Of a stretch of 64,000 nt of DNA, positions 30,133 to 44,249 are shown piece by piece. The stretch covers positions 11,346,001-11,410,000 of the forward strand of contig NC_088858.1 of NCBI RefSeq assembly GCF_963853765.1. The letters are read 5' to 3'. Made by a program: the position numbers and the translations under genes. How positions within the stretch are numbered: the first letter of the stretch is position 1; the number at the start of each line of letters is the position of its first letter. The stretch is from Magallana gigas. Lineage: Eukaryota. A model generated the notes under the pieces. That model ran no database searches. It saw only the letters and a program-made list of their open reading frames with translations, and was not told where the DNA came from.

Positions 30133-33100
30133 ATGGTGACCAGCGCTAATAACAGCAATAGTGTCCCACAGACAGTGTACAGTATGATTGGATCTAACAG
30201 CGTGGGTCCAATCACGTGGGATGATGCCACCTGGATCCTGACCAGTTCCTTCATTATCTTCACCATGCAGTCAGGTTGGTTATGCACGTACTGCACGGTC
30301 GTTAATGGCGGAGTAATAAAACCCCTTTTTATAGTCAAGAATTTATATCAAGGTATTTTCAAATGATAAACGTAACATTTTGCTATAAAGCACGATTTAA
30401 CGGTTGACTATTTAAAAAATAAAAGGAAAAATATTTTGTCAAAATTATTCTAAAATATTCTTAGCTCATTTCAGGATTTTCCTACGTTGTCTGTTGGTGA
30501 CATGTGGTGTCCTTAATTGTTGTTTACCCGTGTCCACCTCTAAGTTTTACAAAAACCCCACTTATTACAAAATATTACTGTTGATTTCCAAGTTGGCGAC
30601 GATTTTTTAAGTAAATTTCAAAATCAACTCCTCTGTATCGTTATCCCCAAAGGGTACACGAAAATACAGAGTGGTCGGGACCTTTGTACTTCGTTCGATT
30701 GAGAGAATCCGCAGAGTTAAATGCTGTTAACAGGAAAATATTCGCCCCTGTTTTATTTTCGCCCCTCGAACCAGCGGACGGATTTAAGACTAGGCGAATT
30801 CCAAAGTTTCAAATTATACGATGTACCTGTACCTCTTTAAACACAACTGTGTCTAGGCGAATTCAAGACGGGGCAAAACTGTTTGCAAGTTCAGAAGGGG
30901 CAAGAATTACATGGGGCGAAAATATCCCTGTATGGAGTAGTTCTTTGAAAAAAAGAAAATTCCAACTTAAAAAGAATGTGTAATATCTTTTTTTTAGTAT
31001 GTACTTTAACATTGATTTATAAGTAAAAATCATTTACATGTATTAGTTTTCTTATAGATCATTATGTCACAAAACTTATTTGCTTGATTCCATTCTCTGC
31101 TCTAAACATACCCGGTAACCTGGAGCTGATGCATATGGTGCTTTACTATCCACAGTTATCTGCAATAACAATTATATGATTGTGCATTTGTTTGGAAAAT
31201 TAAAGGTTGAATGATCGAAAAGCTAGAAAATAACAATTGTATAAGCTACGTGCATGTACAATGATTATTAATTCCAGAAGATAATATTTGACAATTCTCA
31301 AATTTTAGACAAGCTTTAAATGATTGATGACGGAATTGTAGGATTCATGTTTCAGAGATTGAAAAAAAAGTTGAAGGATCGATACTTAATTAAAACTTTT
31401 CATATTGAAATTAAAAGATGAAAACTTCACATACTAGATATATGATTGATATTAACCGAAATATCGTATTGATTTTTAATGAAAAAATCAAAGCTTTTAG
31501 GCCATACCTCACTGACTATTTTAATAGAACTATCACAAACATGACTTTGTATTGATTGCAGAAAAAATGAAGGCGAAATTTAGGATTTTAAAGATATACC
31601 ATTTTAATAACGATTAACAACAAGATACATGACGTGTGCGTATAGAAATGATAAAATATAAAATTCGAAAAAATTAAATAAAGAAATTGATATACATGTA
31701 GGTGTAAAATGTATTACATAATAATTATATAAATGCAAATATTTCACTTGCAGAAAAAAGACTGTTGCATGTATATGGGTAGCTTTTAATGCCATAGTAA
31801 ATATGTAATATAATACTTTGTAGCTATACTCTGTCCCGAGTTTTTGCTTCCACCACTTTTCGCTTGATATTTCGATAATAATAAATACCTTTGTGCTCAA
31901 ACTACGTTCATCCACTAATATGAAAAATGTCCAGATTATCTGTTTTGAAACGCCCCCTCTACCGCTTCAGGTTTCAATACACATCCCAAAATAGAAAGTC
32001 TACGGGGGTTTTGCATTGCAGCAGCCATTAATAAGCCCGGGTGATAACGTTGATAAATTACGCGAGGTGTCCCGAGTTCTTCCGAATGGAGAAAAGATGT
32101 CAACATTTCCCATTATAAATCTCCGTAAGAAATTTGTACGAAATTTGTTTTAGTTCCTGTAAACGTTTATGAGTGAAAAGGGATAATTTGTTAATGAAGA
32201 TATCTTGGATATTTTCCATTTCACCGATTTCAGCGGTACTTCTTTCACAGGTATGTGTATTTTTATTAAAAATCATCAAAAAGTGATGGAAGCAATAACT
32301 TGGGACAGACTATAGTAATTATTATTTCTTGGCCGGAAAATTAGGGAATGTTGTAAGTCGCGCCTGGCATTTCAAATTGATCTTTGATAACCTATTACAC
32401 GGATTCCCAATAGACAGAGTCTTTGCTGAATTATATGGATGGATTTATTTAATGAACCGAGTAATGCCTACGTAATACATTAAGTGCTAATAACAATCTT
32501 CGTTAATTTCCCGCAGATTCAGCACAGGGTTTGATGATGAGCTAGGCGGGGGATTTGTAGCATCTTTAGAAAGACAAGTACAGCAATCCTTAGAAATAAA
32601 GACTATATAACAAAAAAATATATACTGCGCACATCTTCTCATCAAAGATCCTTCACAGACTATAGAAGCCATTAATGTACATGTAGTGTAATCACTAGCT
32701 TTTAAAATATCTTGAAAAGAGCGTTCGTTTAGTCGCTAAAGTATGGTATACATGTACATACAGCACCGAAGACAATTTTGTGAAAGCCGTAATATCGACA
32801 TTTAAATATTCACAACAAGTACCTATGCTCGCTGAAAATCTCACTTCATAAAGTTCGAGGGGAATATTATTCTTGCCTAGTCAGCAAGTTTTTATTGCTT
32901 CAATTTTTGGAACTGTGTTAAAGCTAAAATTTGCGATACATAAACATGTTGTTATTGAGTATTAGAACCATTTTAATAAGAGCTTGGACTTTGGGTAGTT
33001 GTGTTTAACGCAATGTAACGCAGGCCTGTCTATTTCATTGTCATCCACATGCATAGCCATGGCTCTCTGAAATCAACAAGATTTTTCTGGCTTTTGAGCT

Positions 33101-36100
33101 AAGACTACGCAATCGGTGCATATTTCGCTTGAAACCGCGTCATTTAAACTTGTTTTGACGCAAGAAATAGATACCTACGTCCTACTGAAAGTCCAAGGTC
33201 TTGTTAAAATGGTTCTATCTTCTCGCCTTTTGATAGTGTACCTCCTTGCACGAAAATGTCATCATTACTTGCCGAAATTTGACTTTCTGTTTATGATAAA
33301 TATATTTCATTAAGTTGGATTCTTCTCATAGACTTTACACTCAGGAACAAAAGTAGACAGCCAAACCAAAAAAAAAATTTAAAACCATTTAAATAAAGAA
33401 ACAATCCAGGGAAAGGAATCATTCCAGTCTGTAGGGCCCCTTAAGACAATGTCTCCGTCAAACTAACATCCATGAATATGTCACTTTGAAATAAAGAAGA
33501 GTATAACCTTATTTTGATAGGGTTCGGCCTCCTAGAAGCTGGCTATATTTCCAGCAAGAACGAAGTGAACATCATGGTCAAGAACGTGGTGGACGTGGTG
33601 TTCGGCGGACTGTCGTACTGGATGTTTGGGTTTGGTCTGAGTTTTGGAGACGGCGAATACTCCAACCCGTTCTGTGGAATCGGCTACTTCTTTGTAGACG
33701 CCCCAGAAGAAATGATGGGTATTCTCTTCTCCACCTTTGTCTTTCAAATGTCCTTTGCCACCACAGCAACCACCATCGTGTCTGGAGCAATGGCGGAAAG
33801 AACAAAGTTGTCCGCTTATATCATCTTCTCGTTCTTCAACACCTTGATCTACTGTATTCCGTCTCATTGGGAATGGGCCTCCAATGGGTTTCTACGGACC
33901 CTGGGTATGGTAGACGTGGCGGGGGCAGGAGCCGTACATCTTGTGGGTGGGGTCTCAGCCCTGGTGGCGACACTTATCTTGAAACCGAGGCTGGGAAGAT
34001 ACGACAATGGAATTAAGCCCCCGCCTCTAGGAAATCCAGTCAGTGCTTTGATTGGGATGTTCATGCTTTGGTAAATTATGATTTCTTTTCTAATACGGTT
34101 ACGAAATGTTTTAACATCTATTTGTTAAAAGGCCTTCGATTTTTATATTAATATGTAATTTAATATATTGTATCATATCAACAGTATATGATTTTCTCAT
34201 AGGACAGCATTCGTTTTAAGTGTATAGAGGATTCCTATCTTTTGATTGTTTATGGTGTAAATTTCGTACTGCATAGAATTTTGTGTACAGGTGGGGATGG
34301 CTGGCTTTTAACTGTGGAAGCACTTTCGGAATATCAGGTGGAAAATGGAAATTGGCCGCAAAGTGAGTCTAAAACCTTGGTCTACGGAATATATTTTTAT
34401 AATCTAAATCAAAGGCAATCGGTATCTTGCGTCATAACAATCGACTTTTGAGGTCCACTGGTAATGGGTTAAACGAAGAGCGCTTTGTTGTTAAGGAAGC
34501 AGACGACATTTATTACCCCCGACATGCACATCACTGTCTTGTAATCTTGTAGACGTACCTCATTACTGAGGAAGCATTTAGGAAATCACTTCAAAGTCAA
34601 TGTTTTGGTTCCTCTTATGTCTGTAAAAATTAAAAAATCAAGGACACTCCGTGTTTCATGGGCGTACCCTTCTTTAACTAGTAACACCCTTGTGTGCATT
34701 TGCGTATAAAGCATTGGTCGTGATAATTTTGTTGGTAGCTTTATCCCCCGTGCTTCCATTAAAAACAGTTAATCTATAAGTTAAACAAATACTCTTATAC
34801 GACTCTTACATGAATGTGTGGATGAGTCGTCATAACTTAAAAACACTGAATTTGGTAGGTCTGCAGTGGTCACGCTAAACGGGTCCATCGGAGGAGGAGC
34901 AATGGGGATACTGATTTCGTAAGCTGAATTCACTCACCATTTCAAAATGACAAATTCTTTGACTTGACTACCTTTCTCATTTATATTTTGCTGTGTCTTG
35001 GCTTTCAGATGCATTCGCTTCAAAGGAAAATACGACATCAGTTATATCGTGAACTCTGTGCTTGGATCTCTGGTCTCCATCACTGGTAATTGCTTTCTAT
35101 TTTGAGAACTTGGTTGGAAATAGCCATAACCAATAAATTTATTGGCTGTTTTTCGCCTAGTTTGATTTTAAAAAAACCCACATATTTGCATCTTACCCTA
35201 GTTCCAGTCATTAGAATTTTAATAAGCAACAGTTGTTTATTATTTCTTCACTGACAATAGTTGAGGGAAAATTATAAATACCTTGGCTTTCAACTTTGAT
35301 CAAGGTGTAGATAATAGTAATAAGGTTTTAATTGTAAATAGACAATTATAGTAATATTGGGGTCCCCTGCAGAGGTTCAAAATTCATAGAAATTCACTAT
35401 CCTCTTCTTGTTACATATTGTACTTCAATTTTCATGGGTAGGTGCGTGCGCAGTGATTCATCCTTGGGAAGCCCTTATAGTTGGAGCTATTGGTGGGGCG
35501 CTTGCAATATTATCCTGCCACATTTTAGACAGACTGAGAATAGATGACCCAGTGGGAGCAAGTTCTGTGCATGGGGCATGTGGTGTATGGGTATGTGATG
35601 ATCGATTATAATTATCATTAATTCAGTTGCCTTGCGGCTTTATTCATAAAGATTGTAAAACGTGCAATTCTTTGCTTTTGATTATTCTTCTGAAATAAAA
35701 CATGACGTTTTGGGGTTATCACTTTTGACCATTTTTCTTAAGGGTTTGCTCGCAGTTGGGCTTTTTGCTAGCAATGACTCATTAGAGAACACCACAATGG
35801 GAAGAAGCGGTGTCTTCCATGGCGGCGGGTTCTACCTGTTGGGGATTCAGCTGTTGGCCGTGGTGGTTATTACAGTCTGGAGTTCTGTTTTATCCCTCGT
35901 TATCCTTCTGGTATGTAAGTCCATGTCCACGCCAATAATACCTCTAATACAGTTTCAGTGATCTTGTACTTATCTTTCAAACCGTCTCTCTTTTTTTCAA
36001 GATCCTGAAATTTACAGTAGGCTTAAGAATGAGCGTTGAGAATGAACTCATGGGTGCGGATTATTCAGAACACATGATTGGACATGACACTGTGGTTACG

Positions 36101-36373
36101 CAAATGCTCAAAGATTACGTCAATGAATCTCGAGAAACTCGTCGGGAAACGCCGTTATCTGTCATATCTGGAAAAGCTGGTGAGGATAACACTAAAAATA
36201 ACGAGAAGAACAATATTAAGGAACAAAACAGTCGCGTCACCATTCGTCGGGGATCGTGTATTTCCCGACTCTCTTATCAAATATCCAGAAATCTACTCCT
36301 CAAGCATGAGAAAGTGACCCCTATAAACAACAATGAGGGTGGGATTCCTGGACAAACGGATGAGATAAATTAA
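30133..36373 (+). CDS. amt: Ammonium transporter (Amt/Mep family), 529 aa, 8 exons (30133-30274, 33521-34070, 34291-34362, 34859-34918, 35009-35085, 35442-35590, 35743-35910, 36002-36373)
   Basis: Motifs MQSGFGLLEAG, FQMSFATTATTIVSGAMAER, DVAGAGAVHLVGG, WWGWLAFNCGS and DDPVGASSVHGACGVWG. Both pore histidines are present. All junctions are GT-AG and in phase (1590 nt). Confidence 0.96.
31824..32315. mobile_element. ~480-bp MITE with ~37-bp TIRs, copy 2, in Amt intron 1
   Basis: CTATACTCTGTCCCGAGTTTTTGCTTCCACCACTTTT ... AAAAGTGATGGAAGCAATAACTTGGGACAGACTATAG. Colinear with 11196-11678. Confidence 0.9.
32963..33217. mobile_element. ~250-bp TA-flanked MITE, copy 3 (inverted), in Amt intron 1
   Basis: Reverse complement of copies 1 and 2, with TA on both sides. 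Confidence 0.9.
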
Positions 36374-36443
36374 GAGATGTCAGGTCTAAAAGAACCACTT
36401 CACGTCTTTTCACAACCATGTCTATGATACAGTGCACAATTAA

Positions 36444-36774
36444 GGTGGAATAACACATCATCAAAAAATGGCTGACCGCTGATCGATACGGCATTTCGTT
36501 TTATTAAAAGGATTTTATGGACTGAAAGATGTAACTTACTCCATAGCCGAGTGGATAAAGTGTCGGACTTATGGTCCGTACATCTTGAGTTCGAATTCCG
36601 CTGGGGCTTTTGTTGTTACTTACTGGAGTAATTATTTAGATATTCATTTTTTATCCCCATACTACAAATTTTTCGCTTATTTGACATTTGTACATTTTAT
36701 TTATCATTATATATTTCATTACCAATACATTTCCTGTTAATTTGAGGGACTTTTTTCAGGTGTGTTATTCCACC
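36444..36774 (+). mobile_element. TTAA-flanked TIR element (Kolobok-type ends) with an internal tRNA-like A/B-box segment
   Basis: TTAA|GGTGGAATAACACA ... TGTGTTATTCCACC|TTAA (perfect 14-bp TIR). A box TAGCCGAGTGG at 36544 and B box GAGTTCGAATTC at 36587. Confidence 0.85.
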
Positions 36775-36862
36775 TTAACAAAAGATATCAATTCATTCAA
36801 TTTTTTAATCTACCCATATCAACAATTATGGTTTTAGATCACATGATCTGAAGACTCAGGTA

Positions 36863-37066
36863 CTGTAAACCAATTTTTATTCGCGTGCGAGAAATATTCG
36901 CAAGAACCTCTTCGTCGAAAATATTTCTCGCTGCAAACTAGTTTTTGCTGCAAAAGTGTTATATCAAAACGAGTATGAATAAAATTAAAGCATGGCCGCA
37001 AAAAAGTCTAGTTTATTACCGCTTAATCGCGAAATAAAGTCGTCGCGACTAAAATTTGGTTTCCAG
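36863..37066. mobile_element. ~200-bp TA-flanked MITE
   Basis: TA|CTGTAAACCAA ... TTGGTTTCCAG|TA. Confidence 0.7.
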
Positions 37067-37084
37067 TAATCCTTTCTGTTGGTC

Positions 37085-37415
37085 AGAGATAAGCACACGT
37101 CTGTCGGTGTCGTTGTCTTTTTAAAAAAATATATTTACATATCTACAGAGGTAATTCCAACAAAGTTTGGCATAAAGCATCCTTAGGTAAAGGGCTTTAA
37201 AATTTGCTCTGTTAAATGGTTTTGCCCCTTTTCGTTCGGAGATGATTAATAAAATTCAGAATAACTGGGTTCTAAGACAGATACTTGAGGGGGACCAGAG
37301 GTGTAACTTTGTAAAATAAATTGCAATCGTAGAAGTTGTGGTGAAGCTATCTAGCTATTTGGATTAAAGTTGAAAATTGTTGCTCTGGTGAGCAGTGTGG
37401 CCTATGGGCTTTCTG
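37085..37415. mobile_element. Degenerate Helentron-like repeat fragment
   Basis: CAAAGTTTGGCATAAAGCATCCTTAGGTAAAGGG interior and GGTGAGCAGTGTGGCCTATGGG terminus resemble bivalve Helentron ends. Recognition is from memory only. Confidence 0.45.
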
Positions 37416-38638
37416 TATTCGTTTTATGTTTCATACAGTGCATATTCACACGTTGTTTGTAACTGCATCCTTTTGCCAAATTTCTATTTTATGTAGTACC
37501 AGTAGCTAAGAGGCTCTTTGGAAACTTTCGGTTTCAACTTCCACAAGTTTTTTTTCTGGAACTGCACTATTTCATGTAAATAAAATTTAACTCAATAAAT
37601 TTCCTTCACTTTTCAGCATAAATGATGTTAACATTATACTTCTATCTTGCTGTGAAGAACAAAGTTTTTTTTTTTTTACAGGATTCTCATGTAATTGATA
37701 TAGTTGCTCTTCCTTCACTTTCCATTCAGATCATACTTGTACATATGATGTTGCAGGCTAAAGAGTTTATATTCTATATGTTATGTTTAATAAATTGTTT
37801 ACATCTTTCTTCGTGTCTGGCTTTCATTCTACTGTATGGTGCATGAATGAATTAAACAATAAAATGCTTTCTGTCTGACGATTAACAATAAAATACTTTC
37901 TTTGGTGATTCATACGGGGTATGAAGGTGGCGACATTGCAGAATTAACTAAATTACTGTTAATGTGCATCGGTACGAAAGCTAACAGAAACAGCCAAAAG
38001 TCCGCGATTTTTCTTTGGTCGCAAGTTTCGACCAATCGATAAACGGGGTTTGTAGACTTCAGTCCTGTCAGTTTCAGCTGCTGTAGATTACGCCGATCGA
38101 TATTTAAGTCTGGCTGTTTCTATAGAGCTATAAATTAACTATACGTTTCGTACGAAATGGGGGAATCATATTCGGTTGAGTAAATATAATAAAATGAAAT
38201 TACTGATGCTACAATATACCGGGACATCTACTTCATATAAATATTTAGTAACATCTCACTTCTTGTTCAGATAAGGAAAATAAAAACCATTGTTTTATGA
38301 CAAAAATCATTCAAATGTTTTAAGAGTGTTTATTAGAACTACATTTTGTCAAAATTATTTCATCATCAACTAAAACCGTTTTTACTGATCTTGTTTTACT
38401 AATATAAATAATGCCATCTAAAACAATTCAGTATAAATTATGAATATATAAAAATATCCAAAAAAATATGAGTGTCTGTAACTCAGTTTAATGAAATTGT
38501 CGTTGTCATGTATTCCCTCTTTCCATTATGCAAACATAAATGCTAGAAAGTACTCTTACAGTATTTTTTTTTTGGCCTTTTAGGAAAATTAAAAATGAGA
38601 TCATGATTGAATGTCTTTCTGACGACCTCCAGTTGAGG

Positions 38639-41600
38639 TCAAGATTCAGGGTGATGCAGTGGGATTTCTTCTTCCATTGACCTCCCATTGACCTTGACCT
38701 CGTCATCTATTCCAGGGATTGTAATTATGTGGTCTGTCAGGGGTTTGTTATTGGTTTCTGGGAGACAGAGCATCAGAAATCCACACAGCAGAGCTAGACC
38801 CCCGAACACAGCGAATGGAAGTTCATCAATGGATCCTTTACTCTAAAAAATTTTTTACATACACCAATAAAAAAAATCAGAAGAATTTGCAATAACTTCG
38901 AGCAACCATATTTTATTGTACATAAAACATACGACAAACTGAAGCATTCCATTGCCATGATTTCATTGTTACTTTCATTACGCATGTACTTTTGAATACT
39001 AGCACAGTTATGGAAGATGCTTCAAAATCTCATATTATTTTCCATAACTGTATTGATTTTTAGAAAGAAAAAAAAAATTCTGGTTATAAAAATCCTACCC
39101 ATAATACACATACTTATGATCAATGCTCATGATACTTTGTTTCAATAAAAAGTACATTGATTCTTGCTGTATATTAGTAATCAGCATTGCCCTTAAACCC
39201 AGTCAACATCTGTATCTTTAATATTTTTCTGTAAAACTAAGACAATTTTTATTTCTACCTCTCACATACTTACGAGAAGTACAATTTGTGGGGCTATAAT
39301 CCCTCCTATTCTGGCTGACATGGCACAAGCTCCAATGCCAATATTTCTAAAACATCAAAAATCAAAAACTTCATAAAAGAAGAAACCCCAAAATGTTCAT
39401 GTATTTCAATAATATCTAATGCATGTATTTTTCTTGAGTTATCTAAATGACTAACCTTACAACTGTGGGGAATGTCTCGGCAGAGAAAACTTGCGTGGCT
39501 GCCCACCCGCCAGATATAGCCGACTTTCCAATCATAGCAATAACAATGATCAAGGTCGTCTGAGACTCATCTACAAAAGTAAATGTTGACATTCTTCATC
39601 TGATACATTGTGCATCAATGTGTATATAAATAACTTTGTAGAGTACTTATTTTTTGGCATGAAAAGTGTCGATTGTAAATGTACCTGTACATGCATTTTA
39701 AAGTCTCTTTATAATGCACGTTAATTTAGATGCAGAATTCATGCGTCAAAGGCAATAAAAAATGTATGACAACAGTGATGAATACTTTTATACATACCAT
39801 GAGTTTTGGGAACATTGTATGTAGGTAAGTACTTGTAAGTGAAAGCATGTATACATGAGTATAACTTACCTATCAGATTTATGACTAGAACTGCTAAACA
39901 TGAGATTCCTGCTAATAACATCAGAGACAGTGTGATTTTCCTCCTCCCGAATATATTGTTCAATGCCACCACATACACTAGAGCTGGTATTTCTACCAGA
40001 CCCGAGATAAAGACATTCAGATGGAGATTCCCGGCCAGGTTCCTGGTGTTAAAGTTTAACCCATAGTAAACCGAACTGGAAACAAACCTGAAAATGAAGA
40101 ACAAATTTCGGTGATCAAATCTAGGAATATAAATTTTATAAACCGTTATTTTACATGCCCAAAAATATGCTTGAATGCAAAATTTTTCTTCAGGTAAACT
40201 TTTTGCCAATGTGAAATATGCTCACCATGTGTGCATTGTGCTTCTATCAAGTTATCCATGACATAACATTGAATGAAATTGAGCCTTATTCGACCCCAAC
40301 TTTACTGTTTGGCAAAATGAATCTCCAAGCATTGTTAGAATAATTCACACCATTTTAAAAACTGATATTTTGTTGAAATTTATCAAGAATGTGAAGTGTC
40401 TTAATTATTAGCATATGGATTTAATAAGGCTCTGCTTTACAAAATCTGATTTAATAAGGCTCTGCTTTACATAATCTGACATATATGGTATCCAAAATAC
40501 TGGTAGAGATTACCAGTAACACAGTGATAACTTGCAGAGCACAAACCGGTATTCAAAATAAAAAGTAAAACTATCAACCTACCAGCCATACATGACAATG
40601 AGAGAATTTTTTGTCATCTGACATGTGCGAAATAAATGCCAATAACTGAAGTTCTTGAATCTTTTTTCAGGCTTATTTGAGATCTGCAAATGGTAGAGAA
40701 ATTTTTGAACACCAAAATGAATATGGTACATGAAACAGACTGGAAAAAATTGATATTGTTGTAATATTATTAATTCAATGTCTTTGTACACACCTCAGAC
40801 ACCTTTCTTAGTGTAGAAAGGTCAGGCAAATCCACTTTGTTATATCTGGCTACTGTTATCAAAATAGCCTCTGCTTCATCATACCTTCCTTTGCTCAACA
40901 ACCACCGTGGACTCTCAGGAACAAACCTGTGTGAAGGTTAAAAAAGAAATTACTGATTACCCTTATATAATTTTAAAGTGATGTGAATTGAAAGACCTAA
41001 GGTGGTATAAAATGTGGTTGATAATGAAACTGGGTTGAAGGACCTGGCAATTTCATTTGGAATATTGAGCATACTAAATTAAATATATGGATATTAATCA
41101 AGATATTGAAGGTAGAATAATAAGTAGAAAGCATTTTAAAGGGGCATGGTCACAATTTTTGTCAAATTCTATTTTTTTGATTTTATTAATTATAATGCTT
41201 TAGAAATGTATTTCAAATGATCAAATGGAATTTGAGATTCAGTGGTAAAGTTTTTAAGCAAGATACAGGGCTCACAATTCTTTGTCATGTATAACATAGC
41301 TCTTGCCCCGTTTTTGTTTACATAGGTTCAATATACCAGAAAAAATCTTTTTCAAGCTGATTTGACTATTATTTTATTCATTTTAAGCATAAAGAAACAG
41401 TTTCTGACATTTAACATATTCATTTTAGGTCTAAAACTGGAATTTTCACTTCAACATTCAAAATGTAAACATAGGCCTTGTTTACAAAGCAAAGAATTGT
41501 CATCTATGTAACTCGCTCATAATTCAATAAATGACACTCAAATTTTGATTGCATATCAAAAATACATTACTTAGGCATTGTAAACATTTAAATCGAAAAA

Positions 41601-42739
41601 ATAATTTTAGACCAAAATCATGACCATGCCCCTTTAATTTCTAAAATATAGGGGGACAATGCCATTTTTTATTGACTTACCACCATGAGAACAGCATAAA
41701 GACCCCCGACACAGACGTTCCTATGACTAGGTACCTCCAGTTTGTGATAAAGTACCCCCACACAGCGAGGGTCATCAGTCCCACTGCCCAGAACCCCACA
41801 CACCCACAGAACGTTCGCCAGCTGGGGGTAACGAATTCCAGTGGGAGAACAAAGTTCACCACCATCACACCTACAAATCATAAAATTTCTAAATGAAATT
41901 TTGACAAATTTAGTTTCAGGCACTAAAATCATATTGGCTTTGATTGCATATTATACATGTACAAATCTTATTCACATGAACTTTTACTCATTTTGTTGCA
42001 ATACGAAAGTGATTTCCAAAAGAGAGGAAAATTTAATTATCACAAACATAACCAGATTAAGTGGATCTTACATAATATGATTATTTCTGTATGTATAACA
42101 GAACAACTGCACTTACTCCCTACCAGGGCCCCGATGAAAAATCTAAAAACGGCAAATAATTGCCAAGAATTGACAAAGGCACTGCCCAGAGAGACGGCCA
42201 GTAGCAGGGAATAGGCCAGATAAAGCAGCCTCCTGCGACCGAAGATGTCTGCCAGCTGTCCCATGACCAGCGCCCCCACTAAGAGACCACACATCTGAAT
42301 GGTGGTGATGGTGCCGGGGATCCACTTCCTGTCGCAGACCAGCGACCACTGATAAAATAACATACACAGAATTCCATATGACATTTATAAACATATAATG
42401 AAATGATTGAAGTCTATAATTTTCTGACTCGCCTACCTCACTAACAATGGTTTGGATTTCTTTAGTAAATGATGCTTCTGGACAAAGCAATCCACTTTCT
42501 GAACATTTTTTGACATTTATGGATAATGGAAATGAAATATTTGAAGTGAATGATGAGTTATATACAAGGGAAGCATTGCTGGTATCTGGACACTTCCACT
42601 CTGGAACAACATTCAGAAATATTGGCAGAAGCATGGCCCAGGCAACAGGGGTTTCAAACATGCTGACCAGTATAAAGACACGCCTCTGATACGGTCCAAA
42701 GGATCCCAGTTGTTGCAAAACATTTTCAAATTCCAACAT
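38639..42739 (-). CDS. SLC22-family organic cation/anion transporter (MFS), 522 aa, 9 exons (42739-42437, 42348-42117, 41870-41681, 40926-40794, 40683-40583, 40087-39870, 39570-39456, 39346-39274, 38842-38639)
   Basis: Motifs [75 protein letters not shown] and LPETNNKPL. All junctions are GT-AG and in phase (1569 nt). Subfamily not assignable. Confidence 0.95.
41140..41633. mobile_element. TTAA-flanked MITE (Kolobok-type RR ends) in SLC22 intron 3
   Basis: TTAA|AGGGGCATGGTCACAATTTT ... AAAATCATGACCATGCCCCT|TTAA. Confidence 0.9.
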
Positions 42740-43329
42740 CTTGGATTTTTTTTAATGTATTTAGAAATCCACAAAAAATGAAATTCCAATAAATGATAGC
42801 CTTTCAGAAAGACCATGCATAATCTCTTCTTGTTGCTAGTAAATCCATTTTAGAACTTCACACAGCAGACTGGGTTTATCTCAAGGCATCCTAGTGATAT
42901 TAAAATCCGATCACATTCACCTAAAAGGTAAATAGCTATCTGTAAAACATATCCCTCTACAAATAATTTCTGACAAACATATGTCAAATATTTCAAATGA
43001 TACATTTAGCCAGAATTATATTAACAAGTATGACAAACAATTCTAGAATATGAAAATTAGCATTAACTATATAACTAGCTTGTTTAAAATATCACTCTAA
43101 AGTCTATAAATAGATTATTACAAGGCATTTTTTAAAAATTGCATCCTATATTAGACCAAGTTCACTGTATATATCAGCCCGAGAGCCGTTAAGCTCAAGG
43201 ACTGATATACAGGGACCAAGTTCCAATACAGGATGTGATATAAAAAATGCCATGTCATAATTTTTATATCGTATAACTATGAAAAATATAAAAAAACCAA
43301 TTCAAAACATCTTGTGATGAATGATAATT

Positions 43330-43940
43330 GACAACAAACAATGATGCATTTAGTTTTTCAAATATAGGTATAGGAGTAGAGAAAAATATTTTTTTATATG
43401 ACTATATTGGTCCCACCCTAGGGCCTGAATGGTCAACCCCTGTCTCAAGGGTCAAGAATTTTACAATTTAAGTATCGGGCTTCATGGAAGGACATCTTAA
43501 CCATGCATTCATATCAGTTTTCTTCAAATGTATATAAGAGTATAGAGAAGAAGATTTTCTAAAATTTAATACATTTTTTTCTATATGGCCATACTGGCCC
43601 TACCCTAGGGTCTGAACCCCTACACAGGGGCCATGAATTTCACAATTTTGGTTGAGAGATTCATGGACATCATAACCATGCATTTAGTATTTTCCCCAAT
43701 ATATAAGGGAGAATAAAAGATTTTTGAAAATTTGATCTTTTTTGCATATATGGCCCTGCCTTTGAGGCCCTGGAGGTGGTAAAGCCATGAATTTCAAATT
43801 TTAGATTCCTCTTACCACAGAAATACTTTACACCAAAAATGGTAACATTATATTTGGCCTTGTTGTTTTCAAGAAGTTAAAAATGTAAAATTGTTAACAC
43901 ACGAAGGACAAAGATGTAATTTGCAACAGGCCGGCCTAAA
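43330..43940. mobile_element. Helentron-like element with ~3 degenerate internal 165-180-bp tandem units
   Basis: Repeated TATATGG..CC.ACCCTAGGG.CTGAA..CCC..CATGAATTT.ACAATTT blocks near 43395, 43580 and 43748. This resembles oyster Cg170-like satellite-in-Helentron organisation (inference). Confidence 0.6.
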
Positions 43941-44249
43941 AATCAGATTGATAAATAATTTATTTTATTGGTTTATTGAACCAATATGCAAATCAAAAAC
44001 ATGGCATGAGTCTTGTTCACATAACAGAGAATCTTTAGCTTGATCTGTATCTTGCTCATAACTAGAAATACGACAAACACTCAAAGAACTATATATATGA
44101 TAATAGCCACGTTTGGCCTCCATAATTCGCCATCATTTAAAGTGTTTCAGGTACATTAATCTGGTATGTTATATTTAAGAAGAGTTGATATAACATATAT
44201 TTTCTACCTATTCATTTAAATTGTTTACACTTACTGGCAGTTTATTAGG

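Noticed and set aside
33532-34064. Antisense ORFs over Amt exon 2 (similarly 42447-42689, 47336-47758, 52446-52778)
   Set aside because: These are shadow ORFs opposite real coding exons, with no independent support.
36538-36606. Functional tRNA gene (also 52918-52985, 59251-59328, 60015-60090)
   Set aside because: Stems and anticodon loops are irregular and the segments are embedded in repeats. I treated them as tRNA-derived element parts.
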